Shown here piece after piece: positions 51,867 through 61,526 of a DNA stretch of 64,000 nucleotides; within the stretch, counting starts at the first letter, position 1; each line of letters starts with the position of its first letter. This stretch comes from Pseudomonadota bacterium. GTDB lineage: Bacteria; Pseudomonadota; Alphaproteobacteria; Sphingomonadales; Sphingomonadaceae. The stretch covers positions 56,165 through 120,164 of the forward strand of contig JAEWBB010000005.1 of assembly GCA_023391375.1 (NCBI GenBank), read 5' to 3'. The notes below the pieces were generated by a model. That model ran no database searches. It had not been told where the DNA came from and was given only the letters and a program-made list of their open reading frames with translations. The position numbers were made by a program, and so were the translations under genes.

Positions 51867-54563
51867 TCAGGTCAGGCCATGAAGCCTGGAGACGAGCTCC
51901 AACCGGTGCTTCATTACCGCACCAATAACGTCTGGAGCATGGGTGGCGCGGATGCTGGCAGCCGCTCGCCGGCCCATCGCTTTCGCCTCGGCAGGTTCCT
52001 GCATGAGCTTGCCAAGGCACCAGGCGGCATGGTCGACGTCGGCCTCGGCCCACAATTGACCGGCCTCGTATACACCGCTGGACGATTCCAGAGGTTTGAG
52101 GGCGTATTCCACGGGATACGAATTCATCGGCGTCATGAAATCCATGTTTCCGGACCATCCGGTCGCGACGACCGGCCGGCCAAGGAACATCATTTCCGCC
52201 AAGGCGAGACCAAACCCTTCCGCACGGTGCAGCGATAAAAGGACATCGCAGCACGCCTGGAGTTCGTAAACGTCCCCGCGCGACAGGAAGTCCGTGATCA
52301 GCACCACATCGGGCAGGTCGGCTAAGGATCGCTCGAGGTCGCGGAAGTCGTCCGGATGGTGCTGGGCGTTGACGGTTTTCACCACTAGGGCCGCCCCTGC
52401 GTTCTTCGAGGCCAGCTGGCGAAAGGCGTCGATCGCCGCCTGCGGGTTCTTCCGAAACTGGTGAGAGGCGAAGTCGTACATCACCAACACGAGGAATTTG
52501 CCGTGCGGGAGGCCAAACTTCTTGCGGTCCGGCGCCTCGGGAATCGCGAAGTCGACGGCATTGGAGATCTTCACGACAGGACACGGGGCGATGGCACTGA
52601 CGGCCTGCTGGACGAATGCCGTCGGCACCCAGACTTCGGCAAGGCCGGCAAAAGACGGCAGGAAACGAGACGGCAACGACGGCTGTTCCCAGTGCCAGTT
52701 TCCGATACGAAGGCGCGAATTATGACCCTTTTCGGCAAGAAACCGTAGCGTTTCGGGGGTCTGATCCGCATTCACGTACAGGACGTCGATGGGCTGCTTT
52801 TTCTCGCTTGCCAGGCCGAGCGCGGAATCGTCCGTCTGCCGGTTGAGACTTTGGTATCCGACATCGACCAGCGCGTACTCGATACCGGCCGCCTGCGCCG
52901 CGGAGGCGAGTGATCTCGCGGCCTGACCGACACCAAGCTCAGCCTTGACGTAACCGACGATATTCACCCCGGGAATCGGCCGATCAATCTGCCCGTCGCG
53001 GCGCGCAGCGGCCCCACCCGATGGGCCCATTGCCGTCGCAAACGCCTCGCCAGACCAAGCAATTTTCAAGCCTTTGGCGCTGCGGGCGAGCCAGCCGGGC
53101 CGACGGCGGTTTTCCTTCGACTTGGCAAGGGCACGCCAGACACGGAGGCCGCCATACGGTTTCGCTGCGATCCTGCGGTACACCGTCACAGCTTCCGGCT
53201 CGGCGAAACGGCCCAGGATCGTATAAAAGAGCATCTGCACGAGGCCGACCAGCCGGTCCGCATGTACGGCGTTGTCGGACGCCGGAATGCCTGGATCGAT
53301 AGGCGAAGGTCCCCGCTCGCCGCTGGGAAGTTTGCTTGATGAATCAGCGGCATCTTTATGAAGGCTCGTCGAACTCCCCCTGGAGCCGGGGCTGATCGTC
53401 GAGCGGGTGAACACGCTTGCGTCGTCGCCCTCGAACCAAGATCGGAAGGCGCGCACGCTTTCATCGCTCGTCAACGGGAAAAGGCCCTGCACGTCGACGC
53501 GATGAGACCAGTAGGCCAGCATCGCCCAAGTGATCGGCACGGCATCCACAGTCTTCGCCGTCTCGTTGACGGACGCGGCTCGACGGAAGGGATCTTCGCC
53601 CATGGCCCGCTCGAACGCGGGGGTTTCTCGATAGAAAATGCGGAGGAAGTTCGGGATGAGCTGACCGGATTCGAACTGGTCGAACCCGTATGCGAAGCGC
53701 GAATACTCCCTAGCTCCCATTTGAAGGAGCGTTCCGACGTACTGCGCTACGAGCTTCCGCACGGCGCCGAGATCCTTCAGCGTGAAGCGGTTCTGGTGCT
53801 TGGAAAAATTATCGGGCTTCAGAGGATCCAGACCGCTGAAGTGAAAGAACACCAGCGGTTGGCCATCGACGAACCATTGGCCGTCCCGTTCCGAAACCTC
53901 GCGTTGAGCAAGGTTCCAGTACGCCACGTTGTAGCCAGGGTGACGGAGGATCGACACGCCGTCGAACAGGCCGGGGACAAGGTCCATCCAACTCTGGTCA
54001 ACGAAGATGCCCTTGTCCAAGGCGACGACACAGCCCCGCTCAAGCTTCGATTGCCACCATCGAATGAACTTCCGGGTTTCATCGGCGGCGCGAACGGCGC
54101 AAAAACCGAAATTGTACGTACCCGCGCGCCGGATATCCAATTCGGACGGACTGAGCGCGTCTTCGATCGGCGCGAGCAAATGGGGCGTCATGACAATATT
54201 GCTGCCTGCGGAAAACAGCAACATGACCTCGTCCAAAGGACGATACAGCCAGATGTCCGGATCGACGTAAATGACCTCGTCGTAACGGTGGTCGAGAAGA
54301 TAGCCGAAGCCCCACGGCTTTACCGCCGTGTTCAGCTCCAGGACGTTGTATCGAAAGAGGAACTGTTGCCGATCGGGGAGGTCGAGGTCGTCAACGAAAA
54401 GAGGGGTAAACTCTGACGCGAGGTCTTCGGCGGGACGGACGTCGCGGTCGACGATCACGCAAAAAAGGTCTGCTTCCGGATGCACCTCGCGCGCGCTTTT
54501 GAGCATGGCCCGCGCGAAATGAAGATAATTGTTCGAGACGATGGTGAAAATCGCGCGTTTCAA
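51867..54563 (-). CDS. Two-domain glycosyltransferase (N-terminal GT-A/GT8-like + C-terminal GT4)
   Basis: N-terminal FTIVS.NY, E.NTAVKP, Y.DPD, DQ.WMD, NVAYWNL and FHFSG; C-terminal RKNP and SLHRAEGFGL. Confidence 0.85.
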   Translation of the reverse strand: MKRAIFTIVSNNYLHFARAMLKSAREVHPEADLFCVIVDRDVRPAEDLASEFTPLFVDDLDLPDRQQFLFRYNVLELNTAVKPWGFGYLLDHRYDEVIYVDPDIWLYRPLDEVMLLFSAGSNIVMTPHLLAPIEDALSPSELDIRRAGTYNFGFCAVRAADETRKFIRWWQSKLERGCVVALDKGIFVDQSWMDLVPGLFDGVSILRHPGYNVAYWNLAQREVSERDGQWFVDGQPLVFFHFSGLDPLKPDNFSKHQNRFTLKDLGAVRKLVAQYVGTLLQMGAREYSRFAYGFDQFESGQLIPNFLRIFYRETPAFERAMGEDPFRRAASVNETAKTVDAVPITWAMLAYWSHRVDVQGLFPLTSDESVRAFRSWFEGDDASVFTRSTISPGSRGSSTSLHKDAADSSSKLPSGERGPSPIDPGIPASDNAVHADRLVGLVQMLFYTILGRFAEPEAVTVYRRIAAKPYGGLRVWRALAKSKENRRRPGWLARSAKGLKIAWSGEAFATAMGPSGGAAARRDGQIDRPIPGVNIVGYVKAELGVGQAARSLASAAQAAGIEYALVDVGYQSLNRQTDDSALGLASEKKQPIDVLYVNADQTPETLRFLAEKGHNSRLRIGNWHWEQPSLPSRFLPSFAGLAEVWVPTAFVQQAVSAIAPCPVVKISNAVDFAIPEAPDRKKFGLPHGKFLVLVMYDFASHQFRKNPQAAIDAFRQLASKNAGAALVVKTVNAQHHPDDFRDLERSLADLPDVVLITDFLSRGDVYELQACCDVLLSLHRAEGFGLALAEMMFLGRPVVATGWSGNMDFMTPMNSYPVEYALKPLESSSGVYEAGQLWAEADVDHAAWCLGKLMQEPAEAKAMGRRAAASIRATHAPDVIGAVMKHRLELVSRLHGLT

Positions 54564-54815
54564 CGAACTTCTTCCTATTTCCAGCCGCCGAGCCGCGTGG
54601 CCGAATTCAACCTCTGGTCACGGCCGGATCCGATCCGGCCGCTGCTTTAGGCGATCCTTAGAGGCGTATCGTTGAATGAACAGTCCGAATGGTACTCGGA
54701 CCGATTCATCGTGGGCAATGCCGGTCTCGGATTTAGCGACGGTGTCGGGCGGTTAATCTTGCGACGGGTTGAAAAAACTGGTGCCGAAAGCCACTGCTGC
54801 GTGGTGACAAACTTA

Positions 54816-55811
54816 ATGGACAAAAAAACGATGGCAGCCCCTTCGGCGCTCGATTCGGAGCAGTTGCTGCAAATGGGTCGTGAAGTCATCGCGACCGAGG
54901 CCTCTGCTCTTACGATCCTCGCCGATGGATTGGGACGGAGTTTTGCGGAAGCCGTCGCTCTTCTTTCGCAAACCCGACAACGCGTGATCGTGAGCGGCAT
55001 CGGCAAGTCGGGACACATCGCGCGCAAGATCGCGGCCACGCTTGCTTCCACCGGAACGCCTGCGCTCTTCGTCCATCCTTCGGAAGCCGCGCATGGCGAT
55101 TTGGGGATGATCGTCGAGGGGGACCTTCTCCTCATCCTCTCCAACAGCGGGGCATCGCCGGAGCTTCGGGCGGTGATCCAGCATGCCAAGCTGGTCAATT
55201 GCCCGATCATCGCCATCGCGTCGCAAACCGCTTCGCCGCTGATGCAGTCGGCGGACGTCAAGTTGCTCCTCCCGGCCGCGCGGGAGGCCTGTCCGGTCAA
55301 CATCGCGCCGACCACCTCGACGACGCTCATGCTCGCGCTGGGCGATGCCCTGGCGGTGGCCACGATGCGCGTTCGCGGGCTCACCCGCGAGCGCCTGCGC
55401 CTGCTCCATCCGGGCGGGGCGATTGGCGGGCGGCTCGCCCCGGTCGAATCCGTGATGCATACCGGCAGCGCCCTGCCCCTCGTGAACCATGACATGGCGA
55501 TGAGCGATGTGGTGGTCGAGATGAGTGCCAAGGGCTTCGGCATTGCCGGCGTCGTCGAGGGCGACCAGCTTGTCGGCGTCATCACCGATGGCGACTTGCG
55601 GCGGCACAGCGCCGACCTGTTCTCGCAGAGCGCCGCCGACGTGATGACCAGCGAGCCCAAGGTCGCGGCCGAAGGCACGATGTGCGAGGACGCGATGGCG
55701 TTGCTCGAGGCGCACCGCATCACCGCCCTGTTCATCACCTCGCATGCCGATCCGCTGAAGCCGGTGGGCATCATCCACATCCACGACCTGTCACGGATCC
55801 AGCGTGGCTGA
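54816..55811 (+). CDS. kpsF: Arabinose-5-phosphate isomerase (KpsF/KdsD/GutQ)
   Basis: GIGKSGH, HP.EA.HGDLG, SNSG, APTTST and HPGG motifs with a CBS pair; start at 54816 or 54831. Confidence 0.93.
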   Translation: MDKKTMAAPSALDSEQLLQMGREVIATEASALTILADGLGRSFAEAVALLSQTRQRVIVSGIGKSGHIARKIAATLASTGTPALFVHPSEAAHGDLGMIVEGDLLLILSNSGASPELRAVIQHAKLVNCPIIAIASQTASPLMQSADVKLLLPAAREACPVNIAPTTSTTLMLALGDALAVATMRVRGLTRERLRLLHPGGAIGGRLAPVESVMHTGSALPLVNHDMAMSDVVVEMSAKGFGIAGVVEGDQLVGVITDGDLRRHSADLFSQSAADVMTSEPKVAAEGTMCEDAMALLEAHRITALFITSHADPLKPVGIIHIHDLSRIQRG

Positions 55812-56625
55812 CCCGCAAGGGCAGGCCGCTTCGGGATCGCGTTGCATCGTCATCCCGGCCCGGTTCGCGTCGACCCGTTTTCCCGGCAAGCCGCTGGCCT
55901 TGCTGCGCGGAGCGGGCGGCATAGAGCGCCCCCTCATCGAATGGACCTGGCGGACGGCTTGCTCCGTCGCCGACGCAGGCCCCGTCTTCGTCGCCACCGA
56001 CGACCTGCGGATCGCGGAGGAAGTGGCGCGGTTCGGCGGCAAGGTCCTCCTCACGCCGCCCGAATGCGCCAACGGGACCGAACGTTGTGCCGCCGTCCTC
56101 GACCAACTGCCGGCCGACATCGACGTCGTCGTCAACCTGCAGGGCGACAATCCCCTGACCCCGCCGACCGTGGTCGAGGCCCTCATGGCCCGCATGGCCG
56201 CCGATCCTTCCATCGCTGTCACCACGCCCGCCATCCTCGCCTCGGGCGGTACCCGTGAACATCTGCTCGACGAACAGCGGTCCGGCCGGGTCGGCGGTAC
56301 GACTGTCGTTTTCGACCGGGAGGAGCGCGCGCTCTATTTTTCGAAAGCGGTGCTGCCGCACGGCGCGACGGCGAACGCCGACATCCCGATCCACCTGCAC
56401 CTTGGCGTCTACGCCTATCGAAGGGCGGCGCTCCAGACCTACCGCGCCGCACCGCCATCGGCTGCGGAACAGGCCGAAGGCCTTGAGCAATTGCGCTTTC
56501 TCGACCAAGGCGTGCCGGTCACCGTCGTCGTCGTGCCTGCACCTGACGGAACGATGGTGGAATTGAACAATCCGGCGGACCGCGCGGTTATCGAGAGCGA
56601 ATTCGCGCGCCGCGGCATGGAGTAG
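55804..56625 (+). CDS. kdsB: CMP-Kdo synthetase
   Basis: IPARFASTRFPGKPL, GTER, NLQGD.P, ALYFSK and E.LEQLR motifs. Confidence 0.93.
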   Translation: MADPQGQAASGSRCIVIPARFASTRFPGKPLALLRGAGGIERPLIEWTWRTACSVADAGPVFVATDDLRIAEEVARFGGKVLLTPPECANGTERCAAVLDQLPADIDVVVNLQGDNPLTPPTVVEALMARMAADPSIAVTTPAILASGGTREHLLDEQRSGRVGGTTVVFDREERALYFSKAVLPHGATANADIPIHLHLGVYAYRRAALQTYRAAPPSAAEQAEGLEQLRFLDQGVPVTVVVVPAPDGTMVELNNPADRAVIESEFARRGME

Positions 56626-56628
56626 GTC

Positions 56629-57468
56629 TTGATGCAGCTATTCGGCCAGTCGCTCGACCGGCGGCGCCCGTTCCTGATTTCCGGCCCGTGCGTGATCGAA
56701 AGCGAAACCCTGTGCCTGGAAGTCGCGGAGCGGCTGAAGGCGATCGGCGAGCGGCTCGGCATCCAGGTGATCTTCAAGGCCAGCTTCGACAAGGCCAACC
56801 GGACCTCGGTGAAATCCTTCCGCGGCCTGGGGATGGAGGCGGGCCTGGCGGTGCTGGAGGGCGTTAGGGCGAAGACCGGCCTGCCGGTGCTGACCGACGT
56901 TCACTCGGCCGAACAGGTCGCACCGGTCGCGGCGGTGGTCGACATGCTGCAGACACCGGCGTTCCTCGCCCGCCAATCGGACCTGATCGCCGCCGTCGGC
57001 GCCAGCGGCCGGCCGGCCAACCTCAAGAAGGCACAGTTTATGGCGCCGGGCGACATGGGCTCGGTCGTCGAAAAGGCCCGTTCCGCCGCCGCCGAGGCTG
57101 GCGCGCCGCAGGACAATTTCTTCGTTTGCGAGCGCGGGGCAAGCTTTGGCTATCACGACCTCGTGGTCGACATGCGCTCGCTGGTCGAGCTTCGGCAGAC
57201 CGGGTGCCCGGTGGTGTTCGACGCCACGCACAGCGTCCAGCAGCCCGGCGCGCTGAAGGACCGCTCCGGCGGACGGCGCGAATTCGTCGAGCCGCTGGCC
57301 CGCGCGGCCGTGGCGATCGGCGTCGAAGGCCTGTTCATGGAAACCCATCCCCGACCCGACGAAGCACTTTCGGACGGGCCGAACGCGGTCCCGCTGGATG
57401 AACTCGAGGGATTGCTCGAGCGCCTGCTTGCCGTCGCATCGACGCATCCGGGCCCACACGAGGCGTAA
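56629..57468 (+). CDS. kdsA: Kdo-8-phosphate synthase
   Basis: [33 protein letters not shown] and SDGP motifs. Confidence 0.96.
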   Translation: MMQLFGQSLDRRRPFLISGPCVIESETLCLEVAERLKAIGERLGIQVIFKASFDKANRTSVKSFRGLGMEAGLAVLEGVRAKTGLPVLTDVHSAEQVAPVAAVVDMLQTPAFLARQSDLIAAVGASGRPANLKKAQFMAPGDMGSVVEKARSAAAEAGAPQDNFFVCERGASFGYHDLVVDMRSLVELRQTGCPVVFDATHSVQQPGALKDRSGGRREFVEPLARAAVAIGVEGLFMETHPRPDEALSDGPNAVPLDELEGLLERLLAVASTHPGPHEA

Positions 57469-57471
57469 TCC

Positions 57472-59052
57472 TTGGGCGCCGCCCCTCTTCCGCCTTTCCT
57501 CAGGATCCCGCCATTTCCCGGCGCGAGGGTGTCGGCGTTCGCGCCCACGACCACCCACGTCGAGAGGCCGGACCCAGCGGCATTGGTCGAGGCGTTTCGT
57601 CGGAACCGCGTCGGCGGGAACTACTGGGTGCCCACCGATGATCGCCCGCAGGGCGTTGTCGTCCGCTCGTTGCGGCTGCAGGATACGGCGAAAGCGGTAG
57701 CGGCCTCCTTGGGGGCGCCGGTCGAGCTCCGACCCTCGCCTCCTGCCGCCGAGGACGTAGATCTTTGGTCTCTTTTCGAGAGTTGCCGCGCCGTGGTCTG
57801 CGAAGACGACGATCCCGCGCGTTTCGTCGCGGCGCTGCTCGACCTCCCGTCGTACGTCGGGACCTCAGGGACGACCGATGACGAGGCCATTACCGACCTG
57901 CAGGACATGATTTGCGGCGGCGCCTTTGCCAGTCCCTTCGATGGACAGCCGATGGGTGTGCTCGACGCGATCGAATTATGCGGGTTCTGGCGGGCGCTGG
58001 TGGAATCGAACCGCGACTTGGCAGCCGCCCTCGGTTTCGCCTTCTGGAAGCAGGACAGCGTGCGCCCCTTGTTGTGGGGCGGCGGTGAGCCCCTGCCCTT
58101 CTGGCGCAGGCTTCCCACGTCGCCGCCCATGGGTTCGGTCGCGGTGTGGCGGTCCAAGGCGCCGTCCGACGATTTGGCCGTTCTGGAAGCCCACGCCACG
58201 CCCTTGGTCGAGGTGGAGGACGGCTTCCTCCGTTCGGCGGGGCTCGGCGCGGATTGCGTGCCGCCGCTGTCGATCACCGTCGACCGTCTCGGCGCCTATT
58301 TCGACCCGTCGACACCGAGTGAACTCGAACGGCTCCTCCAGGACGGCGATTTCGACCCGTCGCTGCTCGAGCGGGCGCGCGAACTTCGCTCTCGGATCGT
58401 GGAGACGGGGCTCGGAAAATATGGGCGCGGGACCACTGCCCTTCCCCGCTTCGGCGGCGAGCGCGTCCACCTCCTCGTGCCGGGGCAGGTAGAGGACGAC
58501 CGGTCGGTGATGACGGGCGGCGGGGGGATGTCGAATCTCGAACTGCTGCGCCGCGTGCGCACCGCCAACCCCGACGCGTTCGTGATCTACAAGCCGCATC
58601 CCGACGTCGAAGCCGGCCATCGCAAGGGCGCGATTCCGGCTGCCGAGGCAGCGAAGCTCGCCGACCGGATTGTCGACGACCAGCCGATCGCCGCCCTGCT
58701 CGACCTCGCCGACGAGGTGCACGTCAACACCTCCCTCACCGGCTTCGAGGCGCTGATGCGGGGCAAGCCGGTGACGGCCCATGGCGTGCCGTTTTACGCG
58801 GGCTGGGGCCTGACGACGGACCTCGGGCCCGTGCCTGCCTCGCGGTCCCGCCGCCGCAGCCTCGACGAACTGGCGGCGGCGACCTTGCTGGTCTACCCGC
58901 GCTATCTCGATCCCGTCAGCGGGCTGCCCTGTCCGGCCGAGGTGGTGGTCAGGCGCCTGGTCGACGATCCGGCGCCGCGCCCCGGAATCGTGGTGCGCCT
59001 GCGCCGTTGGCAGGGTAAGGTGGCCCGCCATTTTCGAGTATTGGGTGGATGA
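57472..59052 (+). CDS. kpsC: Beta-Kdo transferase KpsC-like (GT107), N-terminal module degenerate
   Basis: C-terminal half has EDGFLRS.GLG, QVEDD.S, KPHPD, S..GFEAL and PFYAGWGLT.D; these motifs are absent from the N-terminal ~180 aa. Confidence 0.88.
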   Translation: MGAAPLPPFLRIPPFPGARVSAFAPTTTHVERPDPAALVEAFRRNRVGGNYWVPTDDRPQGVVVRSLRLQDTAKAVAASLGAPVELRPSPPAAEDVDLWSLFESCRAVVCEDDDPARFVAALLDLPSYVGTSGTTDDEAITDLQDMICGGAFASPFDGQPMGVLDAIELCGFWRALVESNRDLAAALGFAFWKQDSVRPLLWGGGEPLPFWRRLPTSPPMGSVAVWRSKAPSDDLAVLEAHATPLVEVEDGFLRSAGLGADCVPPLSITVDRLGAYFDPSTPSELERLLQDGDFDPSLLERARELRSRIVETGLGKYGRGTTALPRFGGERVHLLVPGQVEDDRSVMTGGGGMSNLELLRRVRTANPDAFVIYKPHPDVEAGHRKGAIPAAEAAKLADRIVDDQPIAALLDLADEVHVNTSLTGFEALMRGKPVTAHGVPFYAGWGLTTDLGPVPASRSRRRSLDELAAATLLVYPRYLDPVSGLPCPAEVVVRRLVDDPAPRPGIVVRLRRWQGKVARHFRVLGG

Positions 59053-60359
59053 GCGAGCGTCGATTCCTACTTCTGCAAGGTCCGCCGGGACCAATGTTCC
59101 GTGAGCTCGGGCGGTCGCTCGAGGCGCATGGCGCCACCGTGTTCCGGATCAACCTCAGCGGCGGCGACACCCGCGACTGGCCCGACCCCACAGTCGCGTT
59201 CAAGGGGCATTTCTCGGAATGGCCGGTCTTCATCGACCGCTTCCTGCGCCAGTACGCCATTACCGACATTCTGTTGTTCGGCGATTGCCGCCCGCACCAC
59301 GTCACGGCGCGCGGGATGGCGGAAATGCGCGGGATCCGCACCCATGTGCTCGAGGAAGGCTATCTCCGGCCGCACTGGATGACCCTGGAGCGGGAAGGCG
59401 TGAACGCCCGCAGCCTGCTGAGCCGGGACAAGGCGTGGTTCCGCAAGGAAGCACTTCGCCTTCCCGCGGAGGACGACTTACCGCCGGTCACCGCCAGCTT
59501 CCGCCGTCGCGCACGCGACAGCTACTGGCACTACCACCGGGTCGTCACCGGCCGGCTGTGGTTCCCACATTATCGCTCCCACCGGTCCGGCTCGATCATC
59601 ATGGAAGGGCTCGGCTGGCTGTGGAAGTTCGCCCGTCAGAAGGGCAACGAGCGGCGCGCCGCCGAAGTGCTCGCCTCGCTGGCCGGCAAGCCGCTGTTCG
59701 TGCTGCCGTTGCAACTCTCCGGCGACTACCAGATCCGGGCGCACTCCTCCTTCCCCAACATGAAGAGCGCGGCGCGCTACGTGATCGAAAGTTTCGCCAC
59801 GCACGCACCGGAGGACGCCCACCTCCTGCTCAAGACCCATCCGATGGACATCAGCTTCTTCGACTGGGGAAGGTTCGTGCGCCGCGAGGCGCGCCGCCTC
59901 CACCTCGAGGGCCGGCTGCACTATGCCGATGGGGGCGACCTCGACGCGATCATCGAGGGCGCCAAGGGACTTGTCTGCGTGAACAGCACCTCGGCGACTC
60001 TGGCGCTCGCCCGCAACGTCCCGGTCTGCACGATCGGCGAGGCGATTTACGACTTGGAAGGGCTGACCCACCAAGGCCATCTCGACAGCTTCTGGACCAC
60101 GCCTTCAGCTTCGGAACCAGGCCTGTACGAAGCTTTCCGTCGCGTATTGGTCGACCGCTGCCTGGTGCGCGGTGGCCTGGCCAGCGAGTCTGCCGTGACG
60201 ACGCTGGTCGAGAACATGACGGCGCGGCTGCTCAACGAGGAAGGGCAGGTCGCCCCGGCCGTGCAAGAGGCGGACGTGACGAGGCTGAAAGCACCGCGGA
60301 CCTCGCGGCAGGCCGATGAGCCCGTGGATGCCCGCCCGGCGACGTCGAGCGGCCGCTAG
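59049..60359 (+). CDS. kpsS: Beta-Kdo transferase KpsS-like
   Basis: LLLQGP.GP.F, FGDCR..H, EEGYLRP..TLE..GVN, LQ...D.Q, K.HP.D and NST motifs. Confidence 0.92.
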   Translation: MSERRFLLLQGPPGPMFRELGRSLEAHGATVFRINLSGGDTRDWPDPTVAFKGHFSEWPVFIDRFLRQYAITDILLFGDCRPHHVTARGMAEMRGIRTHVLEEGYLRPHWMTLEREGVNARSLLSRDKAWFRKEALRLPAEDDLPPVTASFRRRARDSYWHYHRVVTGRLWFPHYRSHRSGSIIMEGLGWLWKFARQKGNERRAAEVLASLAGKPLFVLPLQLSGDYQIRAHSSFPNMKSAARYVIESFATHAPEDAHLLLKTHPMDISFFDWGRFVRREARRLHLEGRLHYADGGDLDAIIEGAKGLVCVNSTSATLALARNVPVCTIGEAIYDLEGLTHQGHLDSFWTTPSASEPGLYEAFRRVLVDRCLVRGGLASESAVTTLVENMTARLLNEEGQVAPAVQEADVTRLKAPRTSRQADEPVDARPATSSGR

Positions 60360-61522
60360 GCGGCTTCGAACTGGTTGAGCCACGGGCGCACCGCGGCGAA
60401 ATGGTCGGACCAGGTGGGGGCGCGATAGCCGCGCACTCGGTCGACCTGCGCACGCCGGCTCTCGCTGTCCCTGGCCGCATAGTCGAGAATGGCATCGATC
60501 CAAGCCGGCCCGTCCAGCGGGTCGAGATAGTCGGGGATGTCCCCACCGATTTCGCGGAACACCGGCAGGTCGCTGGCGATGACCGGCGTGCCCTTGCCCA
60601 GCGCCTCGGCCAGCGGCAGGCCATATCCTTCGGCGAAACTGGGAAACAGCAGCGCCCTCGCCTCGCCCAGCATTGCGGCGAGCTCCGCGTCGCTGCAGCG
60701 GCCCAGTTCCTCCACATGACCTCGCAGCGCGGGACTGCGGTCGAGCATATCGGTCGCCTGTTCGCTTTCCCAGCCGCGCTGGCCGACGATTAGCAGGCGC
60801 GGCGTCTTTTCACCGAGGCGCTGCGCCATGCGCACCCAGGCCTGAAGCAACAGTAGGTGGTTTTTCCGGCCCTCGATCGTCCCGATCGTGACGAAGGTAG
60901 AGCGATCGTCCGACGACGCCTCCCTCGAAGCCGTTGCCGAGGGCTCGGCAAGATCGCTTCCCAGCAGCGCAGCGACGCATGGCGGTAGCGGGCGCTTCGT
61001 GTGGTCGGCCCATCGTGCCAATTCGTCGATTGTCTGCTGGCTGTTGCCGATCACCCCGGCGCCGCTGGACAAGACCGTCGCCATGCGCCGCGCGTGCCGC
61101 TCGTCCTCGCCCGCGCGGCAATATTCGGGATGGGTCAGTGGAATGAGGTCGTGGACGAAGTAGACCGCGCGTAACCGGTGCGCACCCACCCAGCGCCCGA
61201 GCGCGGGATGGTCGAGGCCGGTATGGCCAAGGTTGAGGTAGAGCGCGCCTTCCCAGTTCTCCCGCTTCGCCAATCTCCATGGAAGGCATGCTGCCAGTCG
61301 CAAGAACCGGTGGCGGAAATCGCGCGGGGGAACGCGCAGGAGCTGGAACAGAGCCTGCGACGCGCCTTGATCGAGGACGAAAATCCGCCCTCTGCGTTGA
61401 ACCACAGCCAGCGAGCCGTGCGCGAACTCTTCCAGGTAGGCGAGGCAGACCCGGTCGATCCCGGTCGGAATCCGCCCCGCCCAACGGCGCCAGATCAATC
61501 GGCTGACATCGAGCAGGACCAA
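60356..61522 (-). CDS. GT4 glycosyltransferase (WcbB-like)
   Basis: LLDVSRL..R....PTGIDRV..AY, HDLIP..HPEY, GTIE.RKNH and PSFAEGYGLP motifs. Confidence 0.88.
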   Translation of the reverse strand: MVLLDVSRLIWRRWAGRIPTGIDRVCLAYLEEFAHGSLAVVQRRGRIFVLDQGASQALFQLLRVPPRDFRHRFLRLAACLPWRLAKRENWEGALYLNLGHTGLDHPALGRWVGAHRLRAVYFVHDLIPLTHPEYCRAGEDERHARRMATVLSSGAGVIGNSQQTIDELARWADHTKRPLPPCVAALLGSDLAEPSATASREASSDDRSTFVTIGTIEGRKNHLLLLQAWVRMAQRLGEKTPRLLIVGQRGWESEQATDMLDRSPALRGHVEELGRCSDAELAAMLGEARALLFPSFAEGYGLPLAEALGKGTPVIASDLPVFREIGGDIPDYLDPLDGPAWIDAILDYAARDSESRRAQVDRVRGYRAPTWSDHFAAVRPWLNQFEAA

Positions 61523-61526
61523 GGGA

